Assembly (NCBI RefSeq): GCF_036321535.1
Contig: NC_087436.1
Location: forward strand, 40,054,001-40,118,000
Direction of reading: 5' to 3'
DNA length: 64,000 bases
From: Camelus dromedarius
Taxonomy: Eukaryota
The position numbers were made by a program, and so were the translations under genes. Below the pieces are notes generated by a model. The model was given only the letters and a program-made list of their open reading frames with translations, was not told the origin of the DNA and ran no database searches. How positions within the stretch are numbered: the first letter of the stretch is position 1; every line of letters begins with the position of its first letter. Shown one piece after another: positions 28,338 through 39,200 of this stretch.

Positions 28338-28370
28338 TGCAATTTGAGATTTTTGTCACTAGATGGCAAA
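28338..28370 (+). promoter_or_regulatory. Candidate CTCF site with upstream motif
   Basis: Core TCACTAGATGGCA (28356-28368) has one mismatch to CCASYAGRKGGCR. TGCAAT starts 18 nt upstream of the core start. Motif evidence only. Confidence 0.4.
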
Positions 28371-29409
28371 CTTTAATATAAGCCCACCAATTCCTTCCTT
28401 TAAAAACTGTGTCAAATCTTCATTTTTCTTAGAGGAAATTCTCCCCTAGTGATTAGCCTTATTAGTGTACAAAAAAACATAACACTCAGAAAAATATCAG
28501 TAAATATTAAACACAACCTTATAAAAAGCACATAAGAAACATTATATCAATTTTAAGGCTAGAATATAATGTAAATGTGCTTGAGGATAATTAGTGCTTT
28601 ATTTCTTTGAACAGCTTTTCTGTGCTGCTGTTAAACTCACTTCAGTTTCTTTATGTATTTTATACCTCTCCCATATGAAGACTTCATTAAGAGCCCTTCA
28701 AGGGGGGAAAAAAAATTCTCCCAGCTTTGGGGCTCCTGTTGAAAATTAGGAACCTTGCTGTGTTCCTAGTAGATCTTTATCATTTTATCCTTTAGGCAAT
28801 CAAACACCGTAGAAGCTCATCTCTGCATGAAATAGTTCAGACCACTGACTGCCTTCATTACACTTGGGGAAAACAAACAGGAAGTAGATTTTTCTTTTCC
28901 ACTCTTTCTTCCTTTTATCTTCCTGCAAAAAAATTAATTTCCTCAAGAGAGTTCTTTGTGCCTTTATTCTGAAGTGTGTTGTCTTAACTGGTAAAAAAGA
29001 TGCTACACACAAAAAGATGTCTGGACATGTTCCTGTAGAGAAGTAATGTTGATTTCTATTTGTGTTCATGTGGAGTTAGAAGAGTGATCATTTCATGATG
29101 ATGTCCCTTCCTGCTTCACTTTGCTGCTAACAAATGTAAAAGTTGTTTAAAGTAATTAGACTAACATTTAAATGCTGAAAAGGATCTGCTCATTAATGTG
29201 AAAGGCAAAAGTGTATTTTGGTTCTTCTTGGCATGAAAATAAGTGACTAAAATTATTAGCGAGGATATTAATTTGATTGATGATTACCTGCTCCCTAGGG
29301 TCTCAGCTCCGGCAGTGCTTCTCCCACACAGAGTGCACCTCTGAACCCTACCAACTTCGCTGTCCTGTGCTCTTCCCATAAAGTCATTCCTACAGCCTAT
29401 TGAGACTTC

Positions 29410-30412
29410 ACAGGGCCTGAGCTGCAGACAACTGGAGAGACATTTCTTAGGATAAAGAATAAAGAATTCAAATACAAAATTAGGGGTGAAAATGAATATT
29501 GGATAAATAGTCTAAATAGAGCTAAATAATGAAGTAAACATGGCAAAAATCTCAATAAATTGCAGATTTTAAAGAGTTGAGAAAATACCACAAACAGCAA
29601 AAAATTTAAAAAAATAGTATATATGCTATTAACTGACTCACCCTTTAAAGGTTTTTTTTTAATTTAATACTTTTAGTCATAATTATTTCTTTTTATGATC
29701 ATGATTCTGTAATGTAATTTTCTATAGCGAGAACAGAGAGATTTTTTTTCCAGTATGAAATGGTCAAAAATTTTGTTTTTAGTATTAATAGCTTGTAAAA
29801 AATAAATATCAGCTTCCCAAATTGTAGCTAGTAATACCAAGTGATTTTTTTTAAATTGTCAAATGTGGAGAAACCTGTATCAAACTTCTTTCCTACGTAA
29901 GCCGAAAGGTTTAAGTGGCACCGTGTGTACCTGTCCGCTCCCCATCCACGTGTCCCGTCCACTTGCAGACACTGTAGGCTACTTCAGTGTCTCAGTATGG
30001 CCGCTGGCCCAGTGCCTTTGTGTACAGCTCATGGTGTGTGACAGGAAGATTCCTGGGAAACATTTTTATACGGGGACAGCTAACAGGTACCAAATATAAA
30101 TGTGGCTGCAAACCACATACCTGCCTCGCAGTAATCCTGATATAAATGATGCCTCCCCAGTTCACTTTCACTTTATGTTGACTTCAACGCCACCTGGCGC
30201 CAAGGGCAGTAACACAAAGTGTTGGAAGGAGTAACATACATTTTAGAAAGGGAGAACTTAAGTGACTGTGGTTAAAATATCTTAATGATTTTTAAAATTA
30301 GAATCACAAGTATTAACACATGGCTATAGCCCCACCAGGGCCTTGGAAGAAGGCAGAACAAGTGAGGAGCTCTGAAGTTCAAGGTTTATTAGCTTCAAAT
30401 TACATTCACCTC
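29410..30412 (-). mobile_element. hAT-Tip100 DNA transposon fossil (Zaphod/MER115-like) with a transposase C-terminal remnant
   Basis: Left 'aaatacaaaattaggggtgaaaatgaatatt...aaataccacaaac'; right terminus 'cagggccttggaagaaggc...aagtgaggagctctgaag...ttattagcttca'. The minus strand at ~29700-29900 resembles decayed hAT dimerisation-domain coding sequence. Confidence 0.7.
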
Positions 30413-30449
30413 ACTTAGGGTCTTCTATACCCAGCCTACAACCCATGAC

Positions 30450-31420
30450 CAATTATTGGAATCACTGCCTTATAATCACCCGCTTTCTCTTCTCTTGCTT
30501 CATAATATTCACTTGGCCAAGCCGCAGTCCTGGTGAACCCAGTTCTGTGCGCTCCCACGTGGCTCAATCCCTGTTTTTACCATCTCTCTCTCCTGAATTA
30601 ATACCCTCACCTGCTTGCCATCTTTCTCTGGCTTCAGTTTTATTTTATTTAATTCATTTAGAATGCAAATCAGATCATGCCGCTCCTCTGCTTAAAATCC
30701 CTCCTCTGTCCTCATGTTTTCCTAAGAGAAAAAAACTAAAGCTCAAAACAGTGATCTGGTGGATACTGGACAATTTGAACCCAATCTGAACTTCATTTAT
30801 TATAAGAGTGACATAGTCAACAAGAGCAAGAAGAGTCACAACTTGAAATAGTTGACATTCCTATTTGGACTGCACTGGCTACAGAGTGAGACAGACAAAT
30901 TACTTTTCTCTGGCTCTTCTTTTGGGGGAAAAAAAATGATCAATCTTCTGATAGTGTCCGGCTGTCTCTCTGACTCTATTTCTGCCCCTCTGGCCTCTTC
31001 CTTCCCATGTATCAGATGCCCCTCCACATCCAGGCCTTGGCACTTGCTGTTTTCTTTGCCCGAAAAGTTCTTCTTTTAAATACTCATTTCCTTGCCTCTA
31101 CCACCTTTTTTGTTCAAATATCACCTTTTCTGATGATTCTATTTAAAATTTCACCCTTCAACTTTTCTTTTCCCCATTCCCAGTTTGTTTTCCCAACGTA
31201 ACAAACTTATCACCATGTAACAAGCTATATATATTCAAATTGTTGCTGTTATTATTTTAAAAATTTTCCATCTCCACTCATTCTCAGGTAAATTCCACGC
31301 AGGTAGAAAATTTTGTCTGTTTCCTTTTTTTTTTTTTTTTTTTTTTCCAGTTTCCACAGCATTTAGAATTTTGCCTGGAAAATATTGAAAAAACTCAGTA
31401 GTTTTTAAATGAATGTGTGA
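30450..31420 (+). mobile_element. L2 LINE 3' fragments
   Basis: 'aatgcaaatcagatcatgccgctcctctgcttaaaatccctc', 'ggccttggcacttgctgttttctttgcc' and terminal 'aatgaatg'. Confidence 0.7.
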
Positions 31421-32397
31421 ATAAAAATTAAGTGAATCTTAAAATGACTCTTGGCATCTTGAGGGAAGTTTAACAGCCTAATTTAATAGATAGAAACCAA
31501 AGTTTTAAGAGACTTAGATGGAAAATATAACACTAGATCCTTACTGCATTCTAGATACCAAATTTACTTCCAGGTGGACTAAAGTGCTTCTCATGAATTA
31601 GAAAAAAGTTAAAAGCTAGAGGAAATTGAAAAGATAATGCCCATCTCATCTCTCTGGTGGAGGATCTATACGAATCAGATAAAGACATCTTAAATTTTAA
31701 AATATTTTTAAAATATTTTAAAGCAATGAAAACTACAATACAGGAAAGTATTGAGAGATGTAATTACTTCTATATATCCATGAAGAATGGAACTAAATTT
31801 TAAACTGAAAGTTTAAAACAAGTGAGAGACAGAATTTTAATAATCTAAAGGAAGATACTAAAAACCCAGCAGATAAATGAATATAGGAGATGAGTAGAAA
31901 ATTCTGAAAAAGATATTTATAACCACTAGAAGGAGGATATAGGCTGAGTGTTAACCTTTGACATGGTTCTTAGAAAACAAACTGGCCGTATCGTTGAGAG
32001 CCCTGTTTCACCGTACCCTTCTGGGATGGGTTGAACATACCCTCTCATCCCATGCAACAGTAGGTCCACCTTGAACCTCTGAATGTGGCCTTTTTTGGAA
32101 AACTGTCTTTCCTAATATACTAAGGTTCTTGAGATGAAATCAGCTGGGATTAGAGTGGGCTCTGCGTGTAATGACAAGTATAAAGAGAAGAGAAGGGAAA
32201 AGGACACACAGAGGAGAAAGCAAAGTGAAGTTGGAAGTAGAGGTTAATATTTTGTAAGCCAGCAGGCCTAGGAAAGCCTGGAGCCGCCAGATGCAGGGAG
32301 AGGCGAGGAAGGATCATCCCCCAGAGTCTTCAGAGGGAGTGTAGCCCTGCTGACACCTTGATTTTGCTTCTGGCCTCCAGAACTAAAAGAAAACAGC

Positions 32398-32914
32398 TTT
32401 TTTTTTTTTCTTTTTAGGAATAATTGATATATAACAACATGCTAGTTTCAGGTGTACAACGTAATGATTCCATCTTTGTAAATGTTGTGAAATGATCACC
32501 ATAGGAAGAATGGTCAACATCAGTTATCATACATAAAGTGTTTTTTTATGTGAGAATTTTAAGATTCACTCTCTTAGCAAGTTTCAAAGATGTGATACAG
32601 TATTAAATATAACCACCATGCTGTACATTATACTCTCATGACTTATTTATTTTATAACTAGAAATTTTTACCTTTTGACCCCTTTTTCTCGTTTTGCTTA
32701 CTCTCCAACCCCTGGATCTGGCAGCCAACATTCTGTTCTCTGTATCTATAAGCTTGTTTTTTGTTTGTTTTGTTTTTTAGATTCCATATACAAGTGAGAT
32801 TACACGGTGTTTGTTTTCTCTGACTTATTTCACTTTGTATAATGCCCTCAAGTTCCATCCATGTTGAAAATGGCAAGATTTCATTCTTTTTTTTTTTAAT
32901 GGCTGAATAGTATG

Positions 32915-32962
<48 letters not shown>

Positions 32963-33720
32963 TAGGATAAATATCCAGGAATGGAATTGCTGGGTTGTAT
33001 GCTAGTTCTATTTTTAATTTTTTGAGATTACTCCATACTCTTTTCCATTGTAGTTGCACCAATCTACATTCCCACCAATAGTGCACGAGGGTTCTCTTTT
33101 GTCCACATCTTTACCAATACTTGTTATTTCTTTTCTTTTTGATAAATGGTCAATCAGTGAGGTTACATCTGTTCTGATTTTGATTTGTAGTACCCTGATG
33201 ATTAGTGATGCTGAGCATCTTTTCATATACCTGTTAGCCATTTGTGTGTCTTCTTTAAGAAATGTCTATTCAGATTCTCTGCCAATTTTTCACTTAGATT
33301 GTTTTTTCCTAGAGTTGTATGAATTCTTTATATTTTTTAGATATTAATCCCTTAACAGATACATGGTTTGTAAAAATTTTATCTCATTCAGTGACTTGCC
33401 TGTTCATTTTATGGATGATTTCCTTTCCTGTGTTTGATGTCATCCCACCTGTTTATTTTTACTTTTTGCTTTTGCTTTTGGCATCAGGTCCAAAAAATCA
33501 TTGCCAAGACAAATGTCAAGGATCTTACCCACCTACATTTTCTTCAAGGAGTTTTATGGTTTCAGGTCTTAAATTCAAGTCTTTAATCCATTTTGAGTTA
33601 ATTTTTATGTATGATGTGAGACAGTGGTCAAGTTTCACTCTTTTGCATGTGGCTGTCCAGTTTTTTTCAGCACCATTTATTGAAGATACTGACCTTTCCC
33701 CATTGCATATTCTTGGATTC
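32398..33720 (-). mobile_element. 5'-truncated L1 (ORF2 C-terminus, 3' UTR and poly-A)
   Basis: Poly-T at 32398. Minus ORFs 33525-33776, 33014-33241 and 32658-33086 translate to L1 ORF2 C-terminal motifs ([38 protein letters not shown]). Confidence 0.93.
32921..32956. repeat. (TG)18 microsatellite
   Basis: Directly visible. Confidence 0.95.
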
Positions 33721-34003
33721 TTAATTCCTGTTGTTTTTAAGCCACTCAATTTATAGTCATTTGTTATAGCAACCATAGGAAACTAAAACCCCTCCTTAGA
33801 CCTGAATGGACTTAGCAAACAAAACCAAGCATATACAAAGGCATACACACAGACACAAACATGCAAACATGCACACACGCATAAACACACACACAACCAC
33901 TTTTTCTAATCTGAGGTGGAAAATGGCACCTTATTTTTTTAAACTAGTATTCCAGTTTTTCAAGATATTTTGATGGCTTTAGCATATGTTTGCTAGTGAT
34001 TTG

Positions 34004-34430
34004 TATTGGGAGACAATTTTCTTTGGGTTTCTTTGTTTTTCTGTACATGCAGTGAACAAGCCTTAGAATGTTCTTATCTCCAGGCTATCTTTTCAAAGAT
34101 GTTTGAATTGAAAACAGCCTTGGAGAACAGAGATAGTACTTCCCCTCTAGGAAAAAAACAAACATGTTTATTCTCCATATCAAAGATTGGCTTTCCTAAG
34201 CTCAGGGTCACTTTCTATAATGTGGCCCTCTAAGTGTGCAGGGGCCCTTTTTATGTGGCCTTGTGATTACTGGGGCTGTGGCATCGGTGCAATCTTGATA
34301 CACTGGCTACTGTGTTTGACATGAGTAATAAACTGTCTCTGATCTGGGAGTCTCATATCTTCCACCACTATTCAAAAAACTGTGGCAGGATAACTTGTTA
34401 GTTTGCAAATAGTATATTAAAATTATGACA
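34004..34430 (+). mobile_element. ERVL solo LTR (MER76-like)
   Basis: 'ttgggagacaattttct...ctatcttttcaaagatgttt...aacagccttggag...cctaagctcagggt...gagtaataaactgtc...aactgtggcagg...tgaca'. Confidence 0.75.
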
Positions 34431-34774
34431 ATTTATTCTATTTTTCAGTAGTCTTCTTAATTTGTATGGCCATCAAATATATAGCTCTGGCCTTTGTCTA
34501 TGTTTTAAGTTGGTAACTAACACTTCTAACTGTCTACTGGGCTTCAGTCCCCAAAGGACCCATCATATCTCTTGCTGGACGTGTTCCAAAACTGAACTCA
34601 TAATTTTTCCTTCAAGTACTCTTTCCTCCTTTTATGAAACCTCAGTTAATGTGAGCACTATTTCACACTTAAGTAGTACTTGATTATTCCTTCTGCTTTA
34701 CCAAATCAGGTGATATTTTATGTTAATTTTACTTCGAAAATTGCTTGCATATACTCCTGTCTTGTCTCTGCACT

Positions 34775-35205
34775 TGTGTTAGTATTGGTCCTTTGAGAAA
34801 CAGATGCTAAGATGAGAATAAACATATTAGAATATTATTAGGGGAAATATCCATGTGAGAAAAAGTGAGGTGAACTCTGGAAAGGCTAAAAGAGCCAATA
34901 GTCCATGAAGCAAGATTGCTCTTGAGAGAAAGAATGAAGGTTGGGTGAGAGCATCCAAGAATATTGTGTGATCTGAAAAAAAAGTTGAGCAGACAATGGG
35001 AAATTCTCAAGGCCAAGCCAGCCCTCAGAGGATCTTCCTGTCCCCCAGTAATGAATGTGCCTTAGTGTTCAGCCAAGCACTGCGGTACTGCAGAGCTCAG
35101 CCCCTGAGAACCCTGGGCTGGCATAAATGCCGCAATGGTGGCCTAAGTCACTTACTTTTCCCTTGTTTGGAGATCTGTAAAGTGGTTTCTCCTGATTGCC
35201 ATGGC
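34775..35205 (-). mobile_element. ERVL LTR (LTR33/LTR79-like)
   Basis: Starts 'tgtgttagtattggtcctttgagaaacagatgctaagatg', typical of the antisense 3' end of old ERVL LTRs. Confidence 0.6.
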
Positions 35206-35861
35206 CTCATGCAGGATTATATGTTTTAATAAGAGTTTAATATTCAGCATTATCCAGACACTCACTATGCCACCCTGTCTGGAACTACATTGCTAGAATT
35301 AACTTCCCTAAAGTACAAATCTGGCCATTTACCTCTTCGTATGTAACTATTGGTACCTTCTTAATCTCAGTCCTGTCCTTCAATGTCCTATGTCTTTAAA
35401 AGAACATGCCTACCTTGGCATTTCAAACAAAAATATCCCAAGCTCTGCTCTCAAATTCAATCAGTTAATTGCATATAGCAACATTCTGGGGGCTGTTTTA
35501 TCTGATGTTTTAGTGACATGAGCAAAACTTTGTAAATTTTAGCATTGGGCAGGAGTTTCCTTGTGTAATTTCCTCTGTTTCACGCATCAAGTTACAAGTA
35601 CAGCACTTGCAACTGAAATCTCTTAGGGCCCCGAGCTCTTCTACTCACCTTATCTTCCACTCCATTTCTCTCAGGGTTTCTGACTTGGATGTTAAAGTCT
35701 CTGCAGTGACTTACCTGACAACTTAATTAGATCTGCAGACAGTTCTTGTGAAGAATCTTATTCTCCCTGGAGTCATGGGACTCCTACTTGCTGGACTTGA
35801 GATTCAAGTCCACATGGAAGTGTGTTCATGTTCTCATGTTTTTGCCAGTAATTATTTACCT

Positions 35862-36138
35862 AAATAGCCAAAACATGGAAGCAACCTAAATGTCTACTGA
35901 CAGATGACTGGAAAAAGATGTGGTGTGTATACACACACACACATACATACACACTACACACACACACACACACAATAGAATACAACTCAGCCATAAGAAA
36001 GAATAAAATGACATTTGCAGCAACATGGTTGGACCTGGGGATTGTCATACTAAGTGAGGTAAGCCAGAAAGAGAAAGAAAAATACCATATAATATCACTT
36101 AGGTGGAATCTAAGAAAGGGACACAAATGAACTTATTT
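35862..36138 (+). mobile_element. L1 ORF2 C-terminus and start of 3' UTR, sense orientation
   Basis: ORF 35918-36130 translates 'EYNSAIRKNKMTFAATWLDLGIVILSEVSQKEKEKYHIISL', the L1 ORF2 end. Confidence 0.9.
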
Positions 36139-36204
36139 GGCACTCTGCTTGTGAATAGTAAAATAAGCATCATTTTACTTGCGCATTTGGTAGAAGTAGT
36201 TCAT

Positions 36205-36232
36205 TGTGTGTGTGTGTGTGTGTGTGTGTGTG
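36205..36232. repeat. (TG)14 microsatellite
   Basis: Directly visible. Confidence 0.95.
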
Positions 36233-39200
36233 GCCATTTTGACAGCTGTGAGGCAGGATTTTATACGGTTCTGATTTGCATTTCTCTAATGATTAGTGAT
36301 GTTGAGCATCTTTTCATGTGCCTGTTAGCCATCTGTATGTATTCTATGGAAAAATGTCTGTTAAGGTCTTCTGACCATTCTTTAAATGGGTTGTTTGTTT
36401 TTTTGATATTGAGTTGTATGAACTGTTTGTTTATTGTGAATATTAACTCCTTATCAGCCATATAATTTGCAAATAGTTTCTACCATTCCATGGGTTGCCT
36501 TTTGGTTTTGTTGGTGGTTTCCTTTGGTGTACAAAAACTTTTAAGTTGAATTAGATTCCATGTGCTTATTTTGCTTTTATCTCTTTGCCTTAGGAGACAG
36601 ATCCAAAAAAATTGCTACAATTTATGTCAGAGATTTCTGTCTCTGTTCTCTTCTAGGAGTTTTATGCTTTCAGGTCTTACGTTTAGGTCTTTAATTCGTT
36701 TTTAGTTTTTGTATATGGTATGAGGCAGTGTCCTAATTTCATTCTTTCACGTATAGCTCTCCAGCTTTCCCAGCACCGCTTACTGAAGAAACTGTCTTTT
36801 CCCCATTGTATATTCTTGCCTCTTTTTTTTTTTACTAGATTAGTTGACCATAAGCATGTGGGTTTATTTTGGGCTCTCTATTCTGTTCCTTTGATCTATG
36901 TGTCTGTTTTTGTGCCAGTACTACGATTTTGACTACCGTAGCTTTGTAGTGTAGTCTGAAGTCAGGGAGCATGATTCCTCCAGCTATGTTCTTCATCCTC
37001 AAGATTGTTTTGCTTATTTTGGGTCTTTTGTGTTTCCATACAAACTTTTAAATTATTTGTTTTAGTTCTGCGAAAACTGACTGGTATTTTGATAGGGATT
37101 GCATTGAATCTGTAGATTGCCTTGGATGGTGTGGTCATTTTAACATTAATTCTTCCATTTCATTAGCACAGAATATCTTTCCATCTGTTTGTGTTGTCTT
37201 CAATTTCTTTCATCAGTTTCAACAGTTTTCTGAGTACAAATCTTTTTCCTCTATACTTAAAATTATTTCCTAAGTATTTTATTCTTTTTGATGAAATTGT
37301 AATTAGAATTGTTTTCTTAATTTCTCTTTCTGATAGTTCATTATGTGTATAAAAGTGCAACAGATTTCTGTATATTAATTTTGTATCCTGCAACTTAATT
37401 CATTGATGAGCTCTAGTAGTTTTTTGGTTGTGTTTTTAGGATTTTCAGTGTATACTATGTCATCTGCAAACAATGATAGTTTTGTCTTCTTTTTAAATTT
37501 GGGTTTCTTTTATTTCTTTTTATTGTCTTATTGCTAGGACTTCCAAATACTATGTTGAATAAAAGTGGTGAAGGTGGACATCCTTGTCATGTTCCTGATT
37601 TTGGAGGAAGTGCTTTCAGATTTTCACCATTGAGTATAATGTTATCTGTGGGCTTATTATATATGGCCTTTATTATGTGGAAGTATGTTTCCTCTATGCT
37701 CACTTTCTGGAAAGTTTATCATAGATGAGTGTTGAATTTTGTAAAAAGCTTTTTCTGCATATATTGAAATGATCATATAATTTTTATTTTTTAATTTGTT
37801 AATGTGGTGAATCACATGGTTTGTGGATATAGTATCCACCTTATGTCCCTTGAATAAATCCCACTTGATCATGGCATATGATCCTTTTCATCTATTACTG
37901 GATTCAGGTTGCTCATATTTTGTTGAAGATGTTTGCATCTATGTTCACTAGAGATATTGACCTATAATTTTCTTTCTGTTAATGTTATTGTCTGATTTTG
38001 GTATTAAGGTAATGGTAGCCCCATATAATTAATTTGGGAGTGTTCCCTCCTGTTCAACTTTTTGGAATACTTTGAGAAAGATAGGTATCATCTCCTTTTT
38101 ATATGTTTCATAGAATTCCCCTGTGAAGTTGTCCAGTCCTGGACTTTTGTTTGCTGGGAATTTTTTTTTTAATTAAAAATTCAATTTCACTACTAGTGAT
38201 TGCTTGTTCAGGTTGTCTGTTTATTTCTGTTTCAGTCTTGGCAGGTTGTATGTTTCTAGAAGTCTTCCCATTTCTTCTAGGTTATCCAACTTGTTGGCAT
38301 AAAACTGTAGTATTCTCTTATAATTTTTTGCGTATCTGTGGTATCAGTTTTTATTTCTACTCTTTCATTTCTCATTTTTTTATTTTGGTCCTCTCTCTTT
38401 CTTCTTGATGAGCCTGGCTAAAGGATTATCATTAAAAAAAAATCTTTTCAAAGAACCAGCTCTTGGTTTTATTGATCTTTTCTATTTTCTTTTTCTTTAT
38501 TAGGTCTCTATTTCCTCCTTGATTTTTATTATTTCCTTCCTTCTGCTGACTTTGAGTTTTGCTTGTTCTTCCTTTTCTAATTCCTTTAAATGGTAGGTTA
38601 GGTTGTTTATTTGAGACTTTCTTGTTCCTTGAGGTAGGCCTGAATGACTTTAATCTTCCTTCTTATAACTGGTTTTGCTTAGGCCATAGACTTTTGAAGA
38701 GTTGTGTTTACTTTCTTTTTTTTTTTGTCGTAAGTATTTTCTGATTTCTTCTTTCATTTCTTCACTGACCCATTGATTTGATTTTACTATGTTGTTTTAG
38801 TCTCCACATGCTATGTTGTTTAGTTTCCTTTGTGCTTTTCCTATTTTTCTTTCTGTAATTGATTTCTAGTTTCATACTGTTGTGGTTGGAAAAAATGCTT
38901 GATATAATTTCTATCCTCTTAAATTTGTAGAGACTTGTTTTGTAGTCTGGCACGTGATAGATCCTGGAGGACCTTCCATGTGCATTTAAAAAGAATGTGT
39001 ATTCTGTTGTTTTTGGATAGAATCCAAGATATCTGTCAAGTCTATAAACATCTATCAAATCTAATTCTTCTATTGTTTATTTAAGACCAATGTTGCATTA
39101 TTGATTTTCTGTCTGGATGATCTGTTCATTAATGTAAGTGGAGTGTTAAAGTCCCCTACTATTATTGTATTATTGTTAATTTCTCCCTAATGTCTGTTAA

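Larger units (their letters stand above)
32022..33790 (+). mobile_element. MLT1C/D-type LTR interrupted by an L1 (LTR parts 32022-32397 and 33721-33790)
   Basis: 'cccagagtcttcagagggagtgtagccctgctgacaccttgattttg...ggcctccagaact' resumes after the L1 as 'ttcctgttgtttttaagccactcaattt...ttgttatagcaaccataggaaactaa'. Confidence 0.85.
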
